This document shows, piece after piece, positions 34,934-43,936 of a DNA stretch of 64,000 bases (position 1 is the first letter of the stretch; every line of letters begins with the position of its first letter). Made by a program: the position numbers and the translations under genes. Origin of the DNA: a virus; the IMG/VR virus record IMGVR_UViG_3300042520_001372; one strand, 5' to 3'. The notes beneath the pieces were generated by a model. It was not told the DNA's origin. It ran no database searches and saw only the letters and a list, made by a program, of their open reading frames with translations.

Positions 34934-36790
34934 TTATTTTACTTCACAAGCACCGCCGGCACAAGCCGCTTCTGCTGCTAAGTCAGTCATATCTTCCAAC
35001 TCAACTACTTTACTTAAATCAACTTCTTTCAAAGTTTCCATCAAAGCATTATACTCTTCTTCCGTGCAATCGGTAAAAGGAGCCTGGACGTAAGTATGTC
35101 CGTCGAATGGTAATACTGAAAGTCCATTGTAAAACTTTCTATTCTCCCACATCCATTCTCCAACTGCATCCCATTCGTCATTCTTGATTGAGACTGTAGC
35201 TGAAACGTTATGAGTATTGTTTCCTTTTCTATGACCGGGCTTAATCCATTCCTTAGTTACCTGCTTTACTCTTTCTAATAAATCAAAAGGTGATTCTGTT
35301 CTCAGGATTGCACCTTCAGGAGCCTTTTGAGGTACCGTAATGATTGCAGTATCATGAGGACGGAACTTATCATCTTCCAATAATTCTGGATGGTAAATGC
35401 TTAGGTAAGTATAAATTGCTTCGTTCTTACCTACTCTCACTCTTCTTAGGTAATAGTCATTATGCCATGCATGAATTCCACTAGAGGTTCCAAGTGCTAG
35501 AGAGGTTGTGCCTGCTGGCTTAACTGTAGTACATCTTGCGGCACTGTTGATTCCTAAAATCTTAGCAACCCTTTCATTTTCTAACTTTACTACTTCAGCT
35601 GCTTTAATCATATCGTAGCTAGTTACAACTCCTGAGCCAATACCGGTCATTGATACTCCGATCAAAGCTTCTTTCTCTGTAGTTCTTTTCCAAACCTCTC
35701 TTAGGTAGTGGAAGTTAGAGTAGCCGGCCTGTAAAGTTCCGATCAAGGCTGCTGCTTTAACTCTACCATCTAAATCCTCTTGAGTCTCAATATCCGAAAC
35801 ATTTACTTCACATAAATTACAGAATTGGAAAGGACGTAGAGCAATCTCACAGCATGGATTAGTTCCCCACTCAGCATTGTTGGTGAAGTAAACCCCTGGT
35901 TCACCTGCTCCTGATGCTTCGATTCTCTTCCAGATATCCCAGAATTGTTCTTTCTCAGTAATTGATCTTACTAAAACAGCTGAGTTATTAGCTCTACCGC
36001 GTTGAGGATTTAATTCCCACCAAGCACCCGACTTACAAGAAATCATTTCATCATCGTCAGGAGAGAATAGAGAAATTAAAGCAGCTCTTCTAATACCGCC
36101 AGCCAATACTGCATCTGCAATATGACAAACTATATCATGAACTTCGATGGTGGTTAATTTATCACCATCTTCTTTTGCTTCAAGCATACCCTGTAACTTA
36201 ACCAAACACTCTCTCAAAGGGCCTGGTCCTGGTGCTTTACCGCCGGCAGTAATTAATCTTGCTCCTTTTGGTCTAATATCTGAGAAGTCAAACTCAATAG
36301 AAGAAGTTCCTCTAAAGTAAGACTTCATTAATACCTTAACTGCATCAGCCCATCCTTCAATAGAGTCCCCGATAAGGAATCTTTTCTTTCGGTTTTTTTT
36401 AGGCTTTCTAATTTCAGGAAGCTTTTCGATGTGATCGTATTGAACTGAATAACCAACCCCGGTTCCTCCTAATAATAAGAACATCACTTCGCCGAAAGCT
36501 CTCCAATCATCGATTGGTAGGAATGCGCAGTTGTAGATACGTGCTGGATTTACTTCGATAGGGCGTCCTGCAAACTGCATTGATCTCATTGAAGGTAAAA
36601 CCTTTTTGTCATAGACGTACTTATAAGCTGCTTCAATCTCCTCTTTCAATTGAGGATACTTCTTTTGATGCATCTCTTTGTTTCTTGTAACCAACTCTTG
36701 CCATGTTTCTCTTCTATTCAAATGCGGTTGGTATTTCGCATATTTCATGAAAACTGTAATCTCGCTTAAAATTTTTGTTGAAATGTCCAT
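34934..36790 (-). CDS. nrdJ: Class II (B12-dependent) ribonucleotide reductase
   Basis: LPSMR, YNCAF, NPCCEI, CNLCEV, TTVKPAGT, C-terminal CAGGAC; no beta subunit adjacent. Confidence 0.9.
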   Translation of the reverse strand: MDISTKILSEITVFMKYAKYQPHLNRRETWQELVTRNKEMHQKKYPQLKEEIEAAYKYVYDKKVLPSMRSMQFAGRPIEVNPARIYNCAFLPIDDWRAFGEVMFLLLGGTGVGYSVQYDHIEKLPEIRKPKKNRKKRFLIGDSIEGWADAVKVLMKSYFRGTSSIEFDFSDIRPKGARLITAGGKAPGPGPLRECLVKLQGMLEAKEDGDKLTTIEVHDIVCHIADAVLAGGIRRAALISLFSPDDDEMISCKSGAWWELNPQRGRANNSAVLVRSITEKEQFWDIWKRIEASGAGEPGVYFTNNAEWGTNPCCEIALRPFQFCNLCEVNVSDIETQEDLDGRVKAAALIGTLQAGYSNFHYLREVWKRTTEKEALIGVSMTGIGSGVVTSYDMIKAAEVVKLENERVAKILGINSAARCTTVKPAGTTSLALGTSSGIHAWHNDYYLRRVRVGKNEAIYTYLSIYHPELLEDDKFRPHDTAIITVPQKAPEGAILRTESPFDLLERVKQVTKEWIKPGHRKGNNTHNVSATVSIKNDEWDAVGEWMWENRKFYNGLSVLPFDGHTYVQAPFTDCTEEEYNALMETLKEVDLSKVVELEDMTDLAAEAACAGGACEVK

Positions 36791-36850
36791 TATATTAATT
36801 TGTATTGTATTTAATAACTAGCCGGTTTTTTTAAAAAATTCCCGGTTTTT

Positions 36851-38221
36851 TTAAGAAAAAGATGAAAGTTTCATGAATTTCTTAGCTAATTCCTTCTTAT
36901 CGAAGCTATCTACCTGGGAAAATGTTGTGGGTGTGTTAGAAGTGGTATCTTCGTAGGTCGGCATATCTTCGGTTAATTCGATATGACCGTTGTTAGTATC
37001 GATCTTTGCTCCGAAGGTCATTCCATCCATTCCGTATCGATTCTTCATAACGTGTACTCGGCCTGTTCCGTGAACCTTATCTTCTTTCTTTCTGGATAAA
37101 GATAAACAGAAGTCAGCAACCATGATCTTATCATATGATCCTGCTGCCTTATCTCCTTCGATAATATCGTCTTTTGCTCCCATTCGGTTAACCTGAGAAG
37201 GTGATAGAACAACTACTTTAAATTCCTTAGCCATTCCCTTACATGCAACGTACATATCATCAATTTCATCTTTCCTTTCAGTAAACTTCTTGGAAGGTGG
37301 TCGGAGATAATCGATGTAGTCAATTACTACCATATCAGGTTTAATGTCTGCGTCAATGCACTTTTGAATATGGGCTTTCAAGGTTGCTACAGAGGCTGCT
37401 TTAGGTGGATACTCTTTTACTACTAGCTTACCGGCCAGACCCTCAACTATGCTCTCAACCTCCGGGCGGTGATGCTGTACTTCTTCGATTGAATGCCCGG
37501 TAAAGTAACAGTCAAATCGTTTACCAACGTAATCCTGTCCTAATTCTAGAGTATAGTAAATGACATTGTAACCCATCTTAACTGCGTGAGCTGCCATTGC
37601 AACCATCATCCAAGATTTACCTCCCCCTGGGTTACCAAATACAATACCTAAATCACCAGCTCCAAAACCTCCTTGGGTTAATTGGTTCAACATAGGCCAA
37701 GGAGTAGGAACGGTGGGGCGATAATCCTCCCGGTAACGGGTCTCAATATCCTTATTATATTCGTGTCCAATGTTTCTATCCTGTCCGGCCTTTAACGCGT
37801 TATCAATCAAGTGCCGAATTGAATCGTAGTCACCTGAGTTTAGAAGGTCAACTGAATTTAATAGAGCTGTTTTTAATTGTTGGTTCTTACAGAAGGCAGT
37901 AAATTCTTCTTCTACATACTGAAGTTCATCATCTGAATGTCGGTAAGCTTCTTTGATCTGCTCAACAATCGAAGTCTTAAGTACATCGTTATCTAGTTTT
38001 TTCACTCCTATTTTTAGAGTATCCATTGAGATTACAGTATGGTATTTATTCCAATACTGTAAAATTTCATTGATAATCCATTTATGAGCAGGGTTTGGAA
38101 AGTGCTCATCGGATAAAATATCGTAGATATTCTGAACGAATTCTTTTCTTGTTAGTAATGCTCCGATTGTTTTTACTTGAAACGCCGGGCCGTAATCGCT
38201 TAGTACTTTTAATGATGCCAT
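36851..38221 (-). CDS. Replicative helicase (DnaB / T4 gp41-like)
   Basis: GNPGGGKS Walker A, YTLEL, VIDYID, SQVNR, MKNRYG. Confidence 0.93.
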   Translation of the reverse strand: MASLKVLSDYGPAFQVKTIGALLTRKEFVQNIYDILSDEHFPNPAHKWIINEILQYWNKYHTVISMDTLKIGVKKLDNDVLKTSIVEQIKEAYRHSDDELQYVEEEFTAFCKNQQLKTALLNSVDLLNSGDYDSIRHLIDNALKAGQDRNIGHEYNKDIETRYREDYRPTVPTPWPMLNQLTQGGFGAGDLGIVFGNPGGGKSWMMVAMAAHAVKMGYNVIYYTLELGQDYVGKRFDCYFTGHSIEEVQHHRPEVESIVEGLAGKLVVKEYPPKAASVATLKAHIQKCIDADIKPDMVVIDYIDYLRPPSKKFTERKDEIDDMYVACKGMAKEFKVVVLSPSQVNRMGAKDDIIEGDKAAGSYDKIMVADFCLSLSRKKEDKVHGTGRVHVMKNRYGMDGMTFGAKIDTNNGHIELTEDMPTYEDTTSNTPTTFSQVDSFDKKELAKKFMKLSSFS

Positions 38222-38266
38222 TTCTTATAACTTCTTTTTATAACTTATTTTAATTAATATACGAAC

Positions 38267-38995
38267 TTAATCTTTATAAATCCACCTATACCCTGCAGAT
38301 TTAAATACTTTTTCTCCTGCTTGATTCTTATGGCAACAATTACGAACTGCAGATGGTGAAAATCCAAACTCCCCAGTTTCTTTTAAACTCTTGAACTCCT
38401 TAATAATTTCTCCGGTACTGTCATTTAACTGTAAAACAGCCCTCCATTTTTTTGGATTTTCTACTCCTTTTTTTGCTTCTGATATAGCTTTTTTTTCATC
38501 AGCAGTCCTAGGTATTCCTTTATTCCAAGAAGCAATTCCTCTTTTTGCTTCTGAAATTCGCTGCTTAGTTTCCTCAGTATGTGAAATACCTGTTCGTGTC
38601 GCTTTACCCCTTCTCCGTTCTGAGATTTGCTTTTTGTGTTTTTCGGTCAAAGTTTTTCCTTTATGTGTTTTTGAATTAGCTTCTTTGAATCCTAATCGGG
38701 CTTCTTCATATACTCTGGAGCTAGGTGTGTACCTACTTTGTTTGGGGTTATGCTGAGTGCACATCTTCCAGAAAGCGTAAGCCCGTGATTGACTATTCGG
38801 TTTATCTCTATATAACAACCAATGCGCTATAAAATGTTCTCTAGCTGTTAATAATACCAAATTTTCTTTTGTATTAGAACCGCCTTCACTCTTAGGTACT
38901 ATATGGTGCTTTTCGTAGTAAGTTTCTTTTGTTTTTGTTCTGTTTTCTTGCTGTGCTTTTTGCACCAGTAAATTGTAATGTTTGTAATATTCCAT
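38267..38995 (-). mobile_element. Free-standing HNH homing endonuclease with NUMOD3- and NUMOD1-like domains
   Basis: EKHHIVPKSEGG.N..ENLVLLTAREHF.AH; HTEETKQRISE; F.SL.E...AGYRW; TATTTATA at 39000-39007. Confidence 0.9.
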
Positions 38996-39084
38996 TTATT
39001 ATAAATAGTCTTAACATCAACATTCTACTATATACTGCAAATAAAAAGTTTTTTAGAAAATTAAACTTATTTTAGTATTTGTCA

Positions 39085-39420
39085 TTACTCACCTCCTCCG
39101 TAGGTTTGTTCAATTAATTTTTTAAGACAAGCAAGTTCTGCTTCTTCGTAGGTTTCAAATCCAAATCCTTTCGTCCAATTTATTTGGTAGTAGTAAAACG
39201 AAAACTCTTTGTCGGTGTCTTTTTTAAATCCAATATAAGAATCTACATAGTGCTTCTCTCTAAACCATCTAAATGCCATAGCGTTACACACTGTTCTATG
39301 AATATCATCTGGGGGTAGTTCATCAAGATACTCAGGTTTCATGTCAGTGTCGGCTAGATTGTGTGTCTCAGCTAACCACTCAAAAAAGTTTAAGTCTTCT
39401 AATTCTGTGTATAGTTTCAT
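39085..39420 (-). CDS. Cassette-family hypothetical (AFRWFRE...YEEAELACLKKLIE-QTYGGGE)
   Basis: Shares blocks with 40616-41050 and the junction repeat. Confidence 0.7.
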   Translation of the reverse strand: MKLYTELEDLNFFEWLAETHNLADTDMKPEYLDELPPDDIHRTVCNAMAFRWFREKHYVDSYIGFKKDTDKEFSFYYYQINWTKGFGFETYEEAELACLKKLIEQTYGGGE

Positions 39421-39438
39421 TTGTTACCTCCGTATGTT
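39418..39438 (-). repeat. Non-coding junction repeat AACATACGGAGGTAACAAATG
   Basis: 21-nt exact copy at 39842-39862. Confidence 0.85.
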
Positions 39439-39654
39439 TTATTTACAAAACTTTTCTAATTTTTGAAGATTAATTATTCCTAATTCTTCACATGCAGACA
39501 TAGATAATTTTACTTCATCTACATTGAAACCTTTTTCAATAATAAAAGTTGCAATGTGTGAACGATTATCAATATGTATAGCAGTTACACGATGGGTAGC
39601 GTCTTTTAGGTCTTTATTGAACCATGTAAGTCCCCAAACTATTACTTTACTCAT
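39439..39654 (-). CDS. Hypothetical protein
   Basis: 71 aa, preceded by partial junction (GGTAACAAATGA). Confidence 0.6.
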   Translation of the reverse strand: MSKVIVWGLTWFNKDLKDATHRVTAIHIDNRSHIATFIIEKGFNVDEVKLSMSACEELGIINLQKLEKFCK

Positions 39655-39844
39655 TTGTTACCTTCTTTTTACAATCTTGGTTTCTTCCAAAAACTTCATC
39701 GATGGTATTATCACTATATCCATCAAGTTTTAATGCTAATTCAAGTGCTTCTCTAATAGCATAAGGATAATTACAAGACTTTGTGTCAATTGTTACAATT
39801 GCAGTTTGTCTTTCTTCGTTAGTTCTGTTAATAGTTATTATCAT
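39647..39844 (-). CDS. Hypothetical protein
   Basis: 65 aa, preceded by junction repeat. Confidence 0.6.
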   Translation of the reverse strand: MIITINRTNEERQTAIVTIDTKSCNYPYAIREALELALKLDGYSDNTIDEVFGRNQDCKKKVTNE

Positions 39845-39860
39845 TTGTTACCTCCGTATG

Positions 39861-40088
39861 TTAAATTACTAAATTTACTTGGGCTATTCCTGAATCGTTT
39901 GAAATGAATATTTTAATACCCATAAATGTTTCAACTTTTACAATACCTTCATAGTCTTTAATGACAGACCTTATCATGAAGTCTTTTGTTGATTCATTCA
40001 TTAAAATACCAATCGGCTTTTTATTATTTTGTGATTCGTATTTCTCTATTTTAAATACAATATCAGCCATTAATTCATCATATGTCAT
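39861..40088 (-). CDS. Hypothetical protein
   Basis: 75 aa, preceded by junction repeat. Confidence 0.6.
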   Translation of the reverse strand: MTYDELMADIVFKIEKYESQNNKKPIGILMNESTKDFMIRSVIKDYEGIVKVETFMGIKIFISNDSGIAQVNLVI

Positions 40089-40411
40089 TTGTTACCTCCT
40101 CCGTAGGTTTGTTCGTAGTATTGTTCACCAGTTAGTGGTAGCGTACTTTCAGGATAATCAATTCCATGAACTGTTCCTTTGTTGTATGCAGTTTCAATTC
40201 TTTGCTTCTCCATTTCTTTGGCTTGTTCAAGTAATTCAATATACTGAATCTCAAATTCTTTAAGTGATATTTCCTCATTGTTTAATTTTGTAAGTAAATC
40301 CACATAAGATTTTGCTAACCACTCTACTGCTAACTTATTGTTTGTCCTATTTTCTGTGTTTGTGTAAACCTGAATTATGTTTTTAAGTTTATTTATTTTA
40401 TTGTTTGTCAT
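40085..40411 (-). CDS. Cassette-family protein (MTNNK...AVEWL...EQAKEMEKQ...GEQYYEQTYGGGNK)
   Basis: Paralog of 22201-22419. Confidence 0.75.
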   Translation of the reverse strand: MTNNKINKLKNIIQVYTNTENRTNNKLAVEWLAKSYVDLLTKLNNEEISLKEFEIQYIELLEQAKEMEKQRIETAYNKGTVHGIDYPESTLPLTGEQYYEQTYGGGNK

Positions 40412-40629
40412 TTGTTACCTCCTTCGTAGGTTAATTCAATTACCTTAAACTCAAGTATTCCAATATTGTTATTGCTATTTACAAAATGTTCAATTTCACC
40501 CAATGTTGTATTCTCGTTACATAACATTGATGGATTTATAACCTTCCAATCATCTGGGCTAATTTGAATACTTGTCTTAAAAGTTGCTACAAATTGTTTC
40601 ACTGCCGTTTGTTGTTTATTGTTTTCCAT
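40408..40629 (-). CDS. Cassette-family protein (MENNKQQTAV...TYEGGNK)
   Basis: Family termini around an unrelated core. Confidence 0.7.
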   Translation of the reverse strand: MENNKQQTAVKQFVATFKTSIQISPDDWKVINPSMLCNENTTLGEIEHFVNSNNNIGILEFKVIELTYEGGNK

Positions 40630-41050
40630 TTACTATTTCAATTAATTTTTTAAGACAAGCAAGTTCTGCTTCTTCGTATGGTTGATATTTCATCTCCCAT
40701 TGTTTAGGGTCTGTATTATAATGACCAATAACAGAAATATCCCACCAGGTAGTTTTATTAATTAGTCCTCCAATATAATTGATTTGACATCTAAGATTGT
40801 GGTTCTCTCTAAACCATCTAAATGCTTGTGAGAATGTTGGTGCTCCGAACCATTTTAACCTATCATGTTTTTGAAAAGGTATATAATCTCCTGATGCATC
40901 TCTTATATTGTTAAAGTAAAATGATTCAGCATTTTTTCCATCATAAAAAGCTAAACAAGGTTCATCAAATCCAAGTTGCTTTAACTCTAAAGCAAGTTCG
41001 TAGGGTACAAATTCTTTGTTCATCTCCGTTTGTTGTTTATTGTTTGTCAT
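40616..41050 (-). CDS. Cassette-family protein (MTNNKQQT...FVPYELALELKQLGFDEPC...APTFSQAFRWFRE)
   Basis: Family leader; first gene after promoter at 41055-41085. Confidence 0.75.
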   Translation of the reverse strand: MTNNKQQTEMNKEFVPYELALELKQLGFDEPCLAFYDGKNAESFYFNNIRDASGDYIPFQKHDRLKWFGAPTFSQAFRWFRENHNLRCQINYIGGLINKTTWWDISVIGHYNTDPKQWEMKYQPYEEAELACLKKLIEIVNGKQ

Positions 41051-41054
41051 AACC

Positions 41055-41085
41055 TTAATATATGAAATTATTTGAATTTAGACAA
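41055..41085 (-). promoter_or_regulatory. Promoter TTG-N20-TATATTAA
   Basis: Minus: TTG tctaaattcaaataatttca TATATTAA. Confidence 0.65.
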
Positions 41086-42108
41086 CTTAAAAAAGGTATC
41101 TGTTGCCCAATAATCAACATTCTTAATAAAATGTGCCAGGCCGTCCATCTCATAAAGCTCAACGAAATGGTTCTTGTGAAAGTCGTTATTCTCTTCGTTG
41201 ATGAGTCCGTTAATGTAATCAATCTGTCTATCATCTAAGATTGGATTCTTAAGATCCATTAACTTATAATGGTTAAGTAGGTTCTGACGTGCAAATAATA
41301 CCCGGGCATAGATCTGGTGCTCTGTTAAATGATCTTCAGCATAGTCGAAGATATCCTGCATTGACATCGGAACATCTAAGATATCCGGGAATAATTTTAA
41401 AAGCGTCTTTGGTCCTAATCCTTTAATGCCTTCAATCTTATCTGATTGGTCTCCAAGCATTGTTTTGTAGATAATAAAATTATCTGGATGAACCATAAAT
41501 TCTCTCTTAACGTCTTTTGGTCCGTAAAATACTTTTGTAACCGGTCTATAGAGAGTTACGTGGTCGTTAACTAGCTGAAGGTAATCCTTATCAGATGAAA
41601 CAATAATCATCTGTGAATTAAACCTCCGGGGTAACTCTTTAGCCATGTAAGCAATCATATCGTCTGCCTCTGCCTTATCGATCATCCCAACTTTAATTGG
41701 TAAACACTGAAGGTAATGAATGATCCTGGTTATCTGCCCAACCTTTGCATCATTTTCATCATCTAAGGATTCAAAAGCATCCCAGTTTGTAATTCGGTTA
41801 ATCCCTCTGTTTGACTTATATTCAGGCAGTAAATTCTTTCTGTTGGTAGAAGATCCTACTCCGTCGAAGATTACGTAAACGCCTGTCGGCTGTACCAGTT
41901 GAATTAATGAACCTAATGATCTAATGAATCCGGCCAGACCTCCAATGTGGGCTCCGTCGTTGTTAGTCATATTGATAGTTGCAAAGTTTCTAAAGAATAG
42001 ATTCAATGCATCAATAACTAATACGCGGGAGTGAAAATTTTCGTCTGTGGGTATTACTTCTTCTACCTCCTTGATGTTAGCAAGTAAGGCTTTGTATTCT
42101 GCTTTCAT
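41068..42108 (-). CDS. 5'-3' exonuclease / flap endonuclease (T4 RNase H-like)
   Basis: LVIDALN, FDG, R..L.PEYK.NR, EADD, SSDKDYLQL, GDQSDKIEGIKGLGPKT. Confidence 0.93.
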   Translation of the reverse strand: MKAEYKALLANIKEVEEVIPTDENFHSRVLVIDALNLFFRNFATINMTNNDGAHIGGLAGFIRSLGSLIQLVQPTGVYVIFDGVGSSTNRKNLLPEYKSNRGINRITNWDAFESLDDENDAKVGQITRIIHYLQCLPIKVGMIDKAEADDMIAYMAKELPRRFNSQMIIVSSDKDYLQLVNDHVTLYRPVTKVFYGPKDVKREFMVHPDNFIIYKTMLGDQSDKIEGIKGLGPKTLLKLFPDILDVPMSMQDIFDYAEDHLTEHQIYARVLFARQNLLNHYKLMDLKNPILDDRQIDYINGLINEENNDFHKNHFVELYEMDGLAHFIKNVDYWATDTFFKLSKFK

Positions 42109-42126
42109 AACTTATTCTAATATAAT

Positions 42127-42153
42127 AAAAAAGCCCTTGACTTGCAAGGGCTC
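42127..42153 (-). terminator. GAGCCCTTG-family terminator
   Basis: Minus: GAGCCCTTGcaagtCAAGGGC followed by T-run. Confidence 0.8.
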
Positions 42154-42175
42154 TTAAATGTTTATTTTTTGTTAA

Positions 42176-42889
42176 TTATCTACCGCTACTGGCTCCAATA
42201 CCTGTATCACTGTAGGTATCCCTAGCTGCTTTTTCATCTGCTAGTTGCATAGCTTCTTCGCTAGAATATTGTTTGCCGTTGTAGCTTAGCATTGGATGTA
42301 GGCCGTAATGTGCTGCATCTTCTAATGCTGCAAGAACAGCCATCCAATCATATTTTGTTAAATCTAACTCTGCAGATAATATATCGTTTGCTGAATCGTC
42401 CATTACAACTGTGTACCCTAGTTTTTCATAGTTTAAGTGATCTTGGGACTCTTCACCTTCGGGGAAATCAAATAATACTTTGCTTTCAGCAGCTTCGTTC
42501 ATCATTTTAGAACTAGAAGTTTTTTGGTAAATAATATACTCATATTGATCGCTGAATAGCACTGCTAATTTTGCACCAGGATATCCTTCTCCTGCTTCAA
42601 AGTCGTACATAACAGCCTCCCCTTCGTCACTATCCTCTTCAAAAGAAGCTTTTTCTTTTTCTAACATCTGTAATAAAGCTTTAGGGTCCATTTCCTTACG
42701 CTCTTCCATAGACCCTCCAGGTCCGCCACCAGCTTCAACTACTTCAACCGGTTTGTTCATGTCAATACCTGCTTGTGCAAAAGCTTCTGCTAAGTCTTGA
42801 GTCTCTTTTTCAAAGTACTCGTTTATCATTCTAGAATTAGTAGTTACCTTATTCTCTACTAAATACTTTTTTAAGTCAAAATTATCCAT
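42176..42889 (-). CDS. MDNFDLKKYLVE-leader acidic protein (putative internal head protein)
   Basis: Shared leader; own TATTTATA and terminator. Confidence 0.7.
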   Translation of the reverse strand: MDNFDLKKYLVENKVTTNSRMINEYFEKETQDLAEAFAQAGIDMNKPVEVVEAGGGPGGSMEERKEMDPKALLQMLEKEKASFEEDSDEGEAVMYDFEAGEGYPGAKLAVLFSDQYEYIIYQKTSSSKMMNEAAESKVLFDFPEGEESQDHLNYEKLGYTVVMDDSANDILSAELDLTKYDWMAVLAALEDAAHYGLHPMLSYNGKQYSSEEAMQLADEKAARDTYSDTGIGASSGR

Positions 42890-42968
42890 GTTTTGTTTTA
42901 GTTATAAATATAATCTAAAGATAAGAAAAAAGCCCCTGCAAAGCAAGGGCTCTTAAGTGTTTATTTTT
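42840..42968 (-). repeat. Cassette junction unit: terminator + promoters + leader-coding DNA
   Basis: Near-identical to ~43473-43601 and related to ~43825-43940. Confidence 0.9.
42926..42952 (-). terminator. GAGCCCTTG-family terminator overlapping TTG-N20-TATCTTTA promoter
   Basis: Minus: GAGCCCTTGCtttGCAGGGGC-TTTTTT-ctTATCTTTAgattaTATTTATA. Confidence 0.85.
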
Positions 42969-42976
42969 ACTATACT

Positions 42977-43522
42977 CTAGTAAGCATAACCAGCAGGAAC
43001 GATGTCGTTCTCGGTTGATTCATTACCTTCTAAGTCATACCAGTAGGTATAAGCTTCTTCTCCATACTCTGCATTGTTCCAATCGTACTCTTGTCCAGAT
43101 ACACCGTAACCTTTAGGGTACTTGTATATAAAGATAACAATACCTCCCTCCATATCCTCTTCACCTACTTTAAAAGTAGTGCCGTTAGGAAATTCGACTT
43201 TACGAACTTTTTGTGGTTTTTTTTTAAGCTCTCCTTCTTTCTTTTCAGCTTCAGAAACAGTTTCATCAATTGATAGAGTTGATATTGTGTAAACTAAAAA
43301 ATCATTGATTTGTTTTTCAGAATAACCTTTCTCTAGTAAATCAAAAGCAACTGCATCAGCACCCTTCACAAACATGTGAAATTTCTCGCTAGAAGCTTCT
43401 TTCTCCATTTTTTCAATGGCATCATAATCAAAACCCGTATTGCTCGAGTATTCATTTGTTATCTGTGAGTTAGTAGTTACTTTATTTTCTACTAAGTACT
43501 TCTTTAAATCAAAATTATCCAT
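42977..43522 (-). CDS. MDNFDLKKYLVE-leader acidic protein
   Basis: Shared leader, unrelated body. Confidence 0.7.
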   Translation of the reverse strand: MDNFDLKKYLVENKVTTNSQITNEYSSNTGFDYDAIEKMEKEASSEKFHMFVKGADAVAFDLLEKGYSEKQINDFLVYTISTLSIDETVSEAEKKEGELKKKPQKVRKVEFPNGTTFKVGEEDMEGGIVIFIYKYPKGYGVSGQEYDWNNAEYGEEAYTYWYDLEGNESTENDIVPAGYAY

Positions 43523-43558
43523 GTTTTGTTTTAGTTATAAATATAATCTAAAGATAAG

Positions 43559-43585
43559 AAAAAAGCCCCTGCAAGGCAAGGGCTC
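43559..43585 (-). terminator. GAGCCCTTG-family terminator/promoter
   Basis: Minus: GAGCCCTTGCcttGCAGGGGC-TTTTTT. Confidence 0.85.
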
Positions 43586-43610
43586 TTCTGTGTTTATTTT
43601 TTAGTTTTAT

Positions 43611-43874
43611 TTACAGTAAGTCACCGCTTTTTTCTAATTCCCTAAAGTAGTCCTTAATGCCTGTATAATTAGTAGATACATTCTTCCATTCTTGAGCGTA
43701 CTCCGCTACTTTCTTAGCTAATTCTCTAGGTGATAGATCTTCGTACTGTGGATGGGACATTACAAAGTCTTCAATAGCACTGTGAGAATTTTCGTTTTCT
43801 GCTTCTTCTATCATTCTAGAGTTTGCAGTAACCTTATTCTCAACAAGGTACTTTTTTAAATCAAAATTATCCAT
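43611..43874 (-). CDS. MDNFDLKKYLVE-leader protein
   Basis: Shared leader, unrelated body. Confidence 0.7.
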   Translation of the reverse strand: MDNFDLKKYLVENKVTANSRMIEEAENENSHSAIEDFVMSHPQYEDLSPRELAKKVAEYAQEWKNVSTNYTGIKDYFRELEKSGDLL

Positions 43875-43909
43875 TTTTTTCTTTTGTTATAAATAGACTT
43901 AAAGAAACG

Positions 43910-43936
43910 AAAAAAGCCCCTGCAAAGCAAGGGCTC
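43910..43936 (-). terminator. GAGCCCTTG-family terminator after recA
   Basis: Minus: GAGCCCTTGCtttGCAGGGGC-TTTTTT. Confidence 0.85.

Noticed and set aside
36821-36853. Duplicated CCGGTTTTTTTAA upstream of RNR as an operator or NrdR box
   Set aside because: Does not match the NrdR palindrome, too short for a B12 riboswitch, and occurs at only one locus; function unsupported.
8362-38221. Introns or inteins in polA, thyA, RNR or helicase
   Set aside because: ORFs are continuous with expected sizes and no intein termini noticed; both HNH genes are intergenic.
39082-40430. Junction repeats as a CRISPR array
   Set aside because: Spacing is irregular at roughly 190-340 nt and the intervals are intact ORFs; no cas operon (the Cas4-like gene is a common stand-alone phage nuclease).
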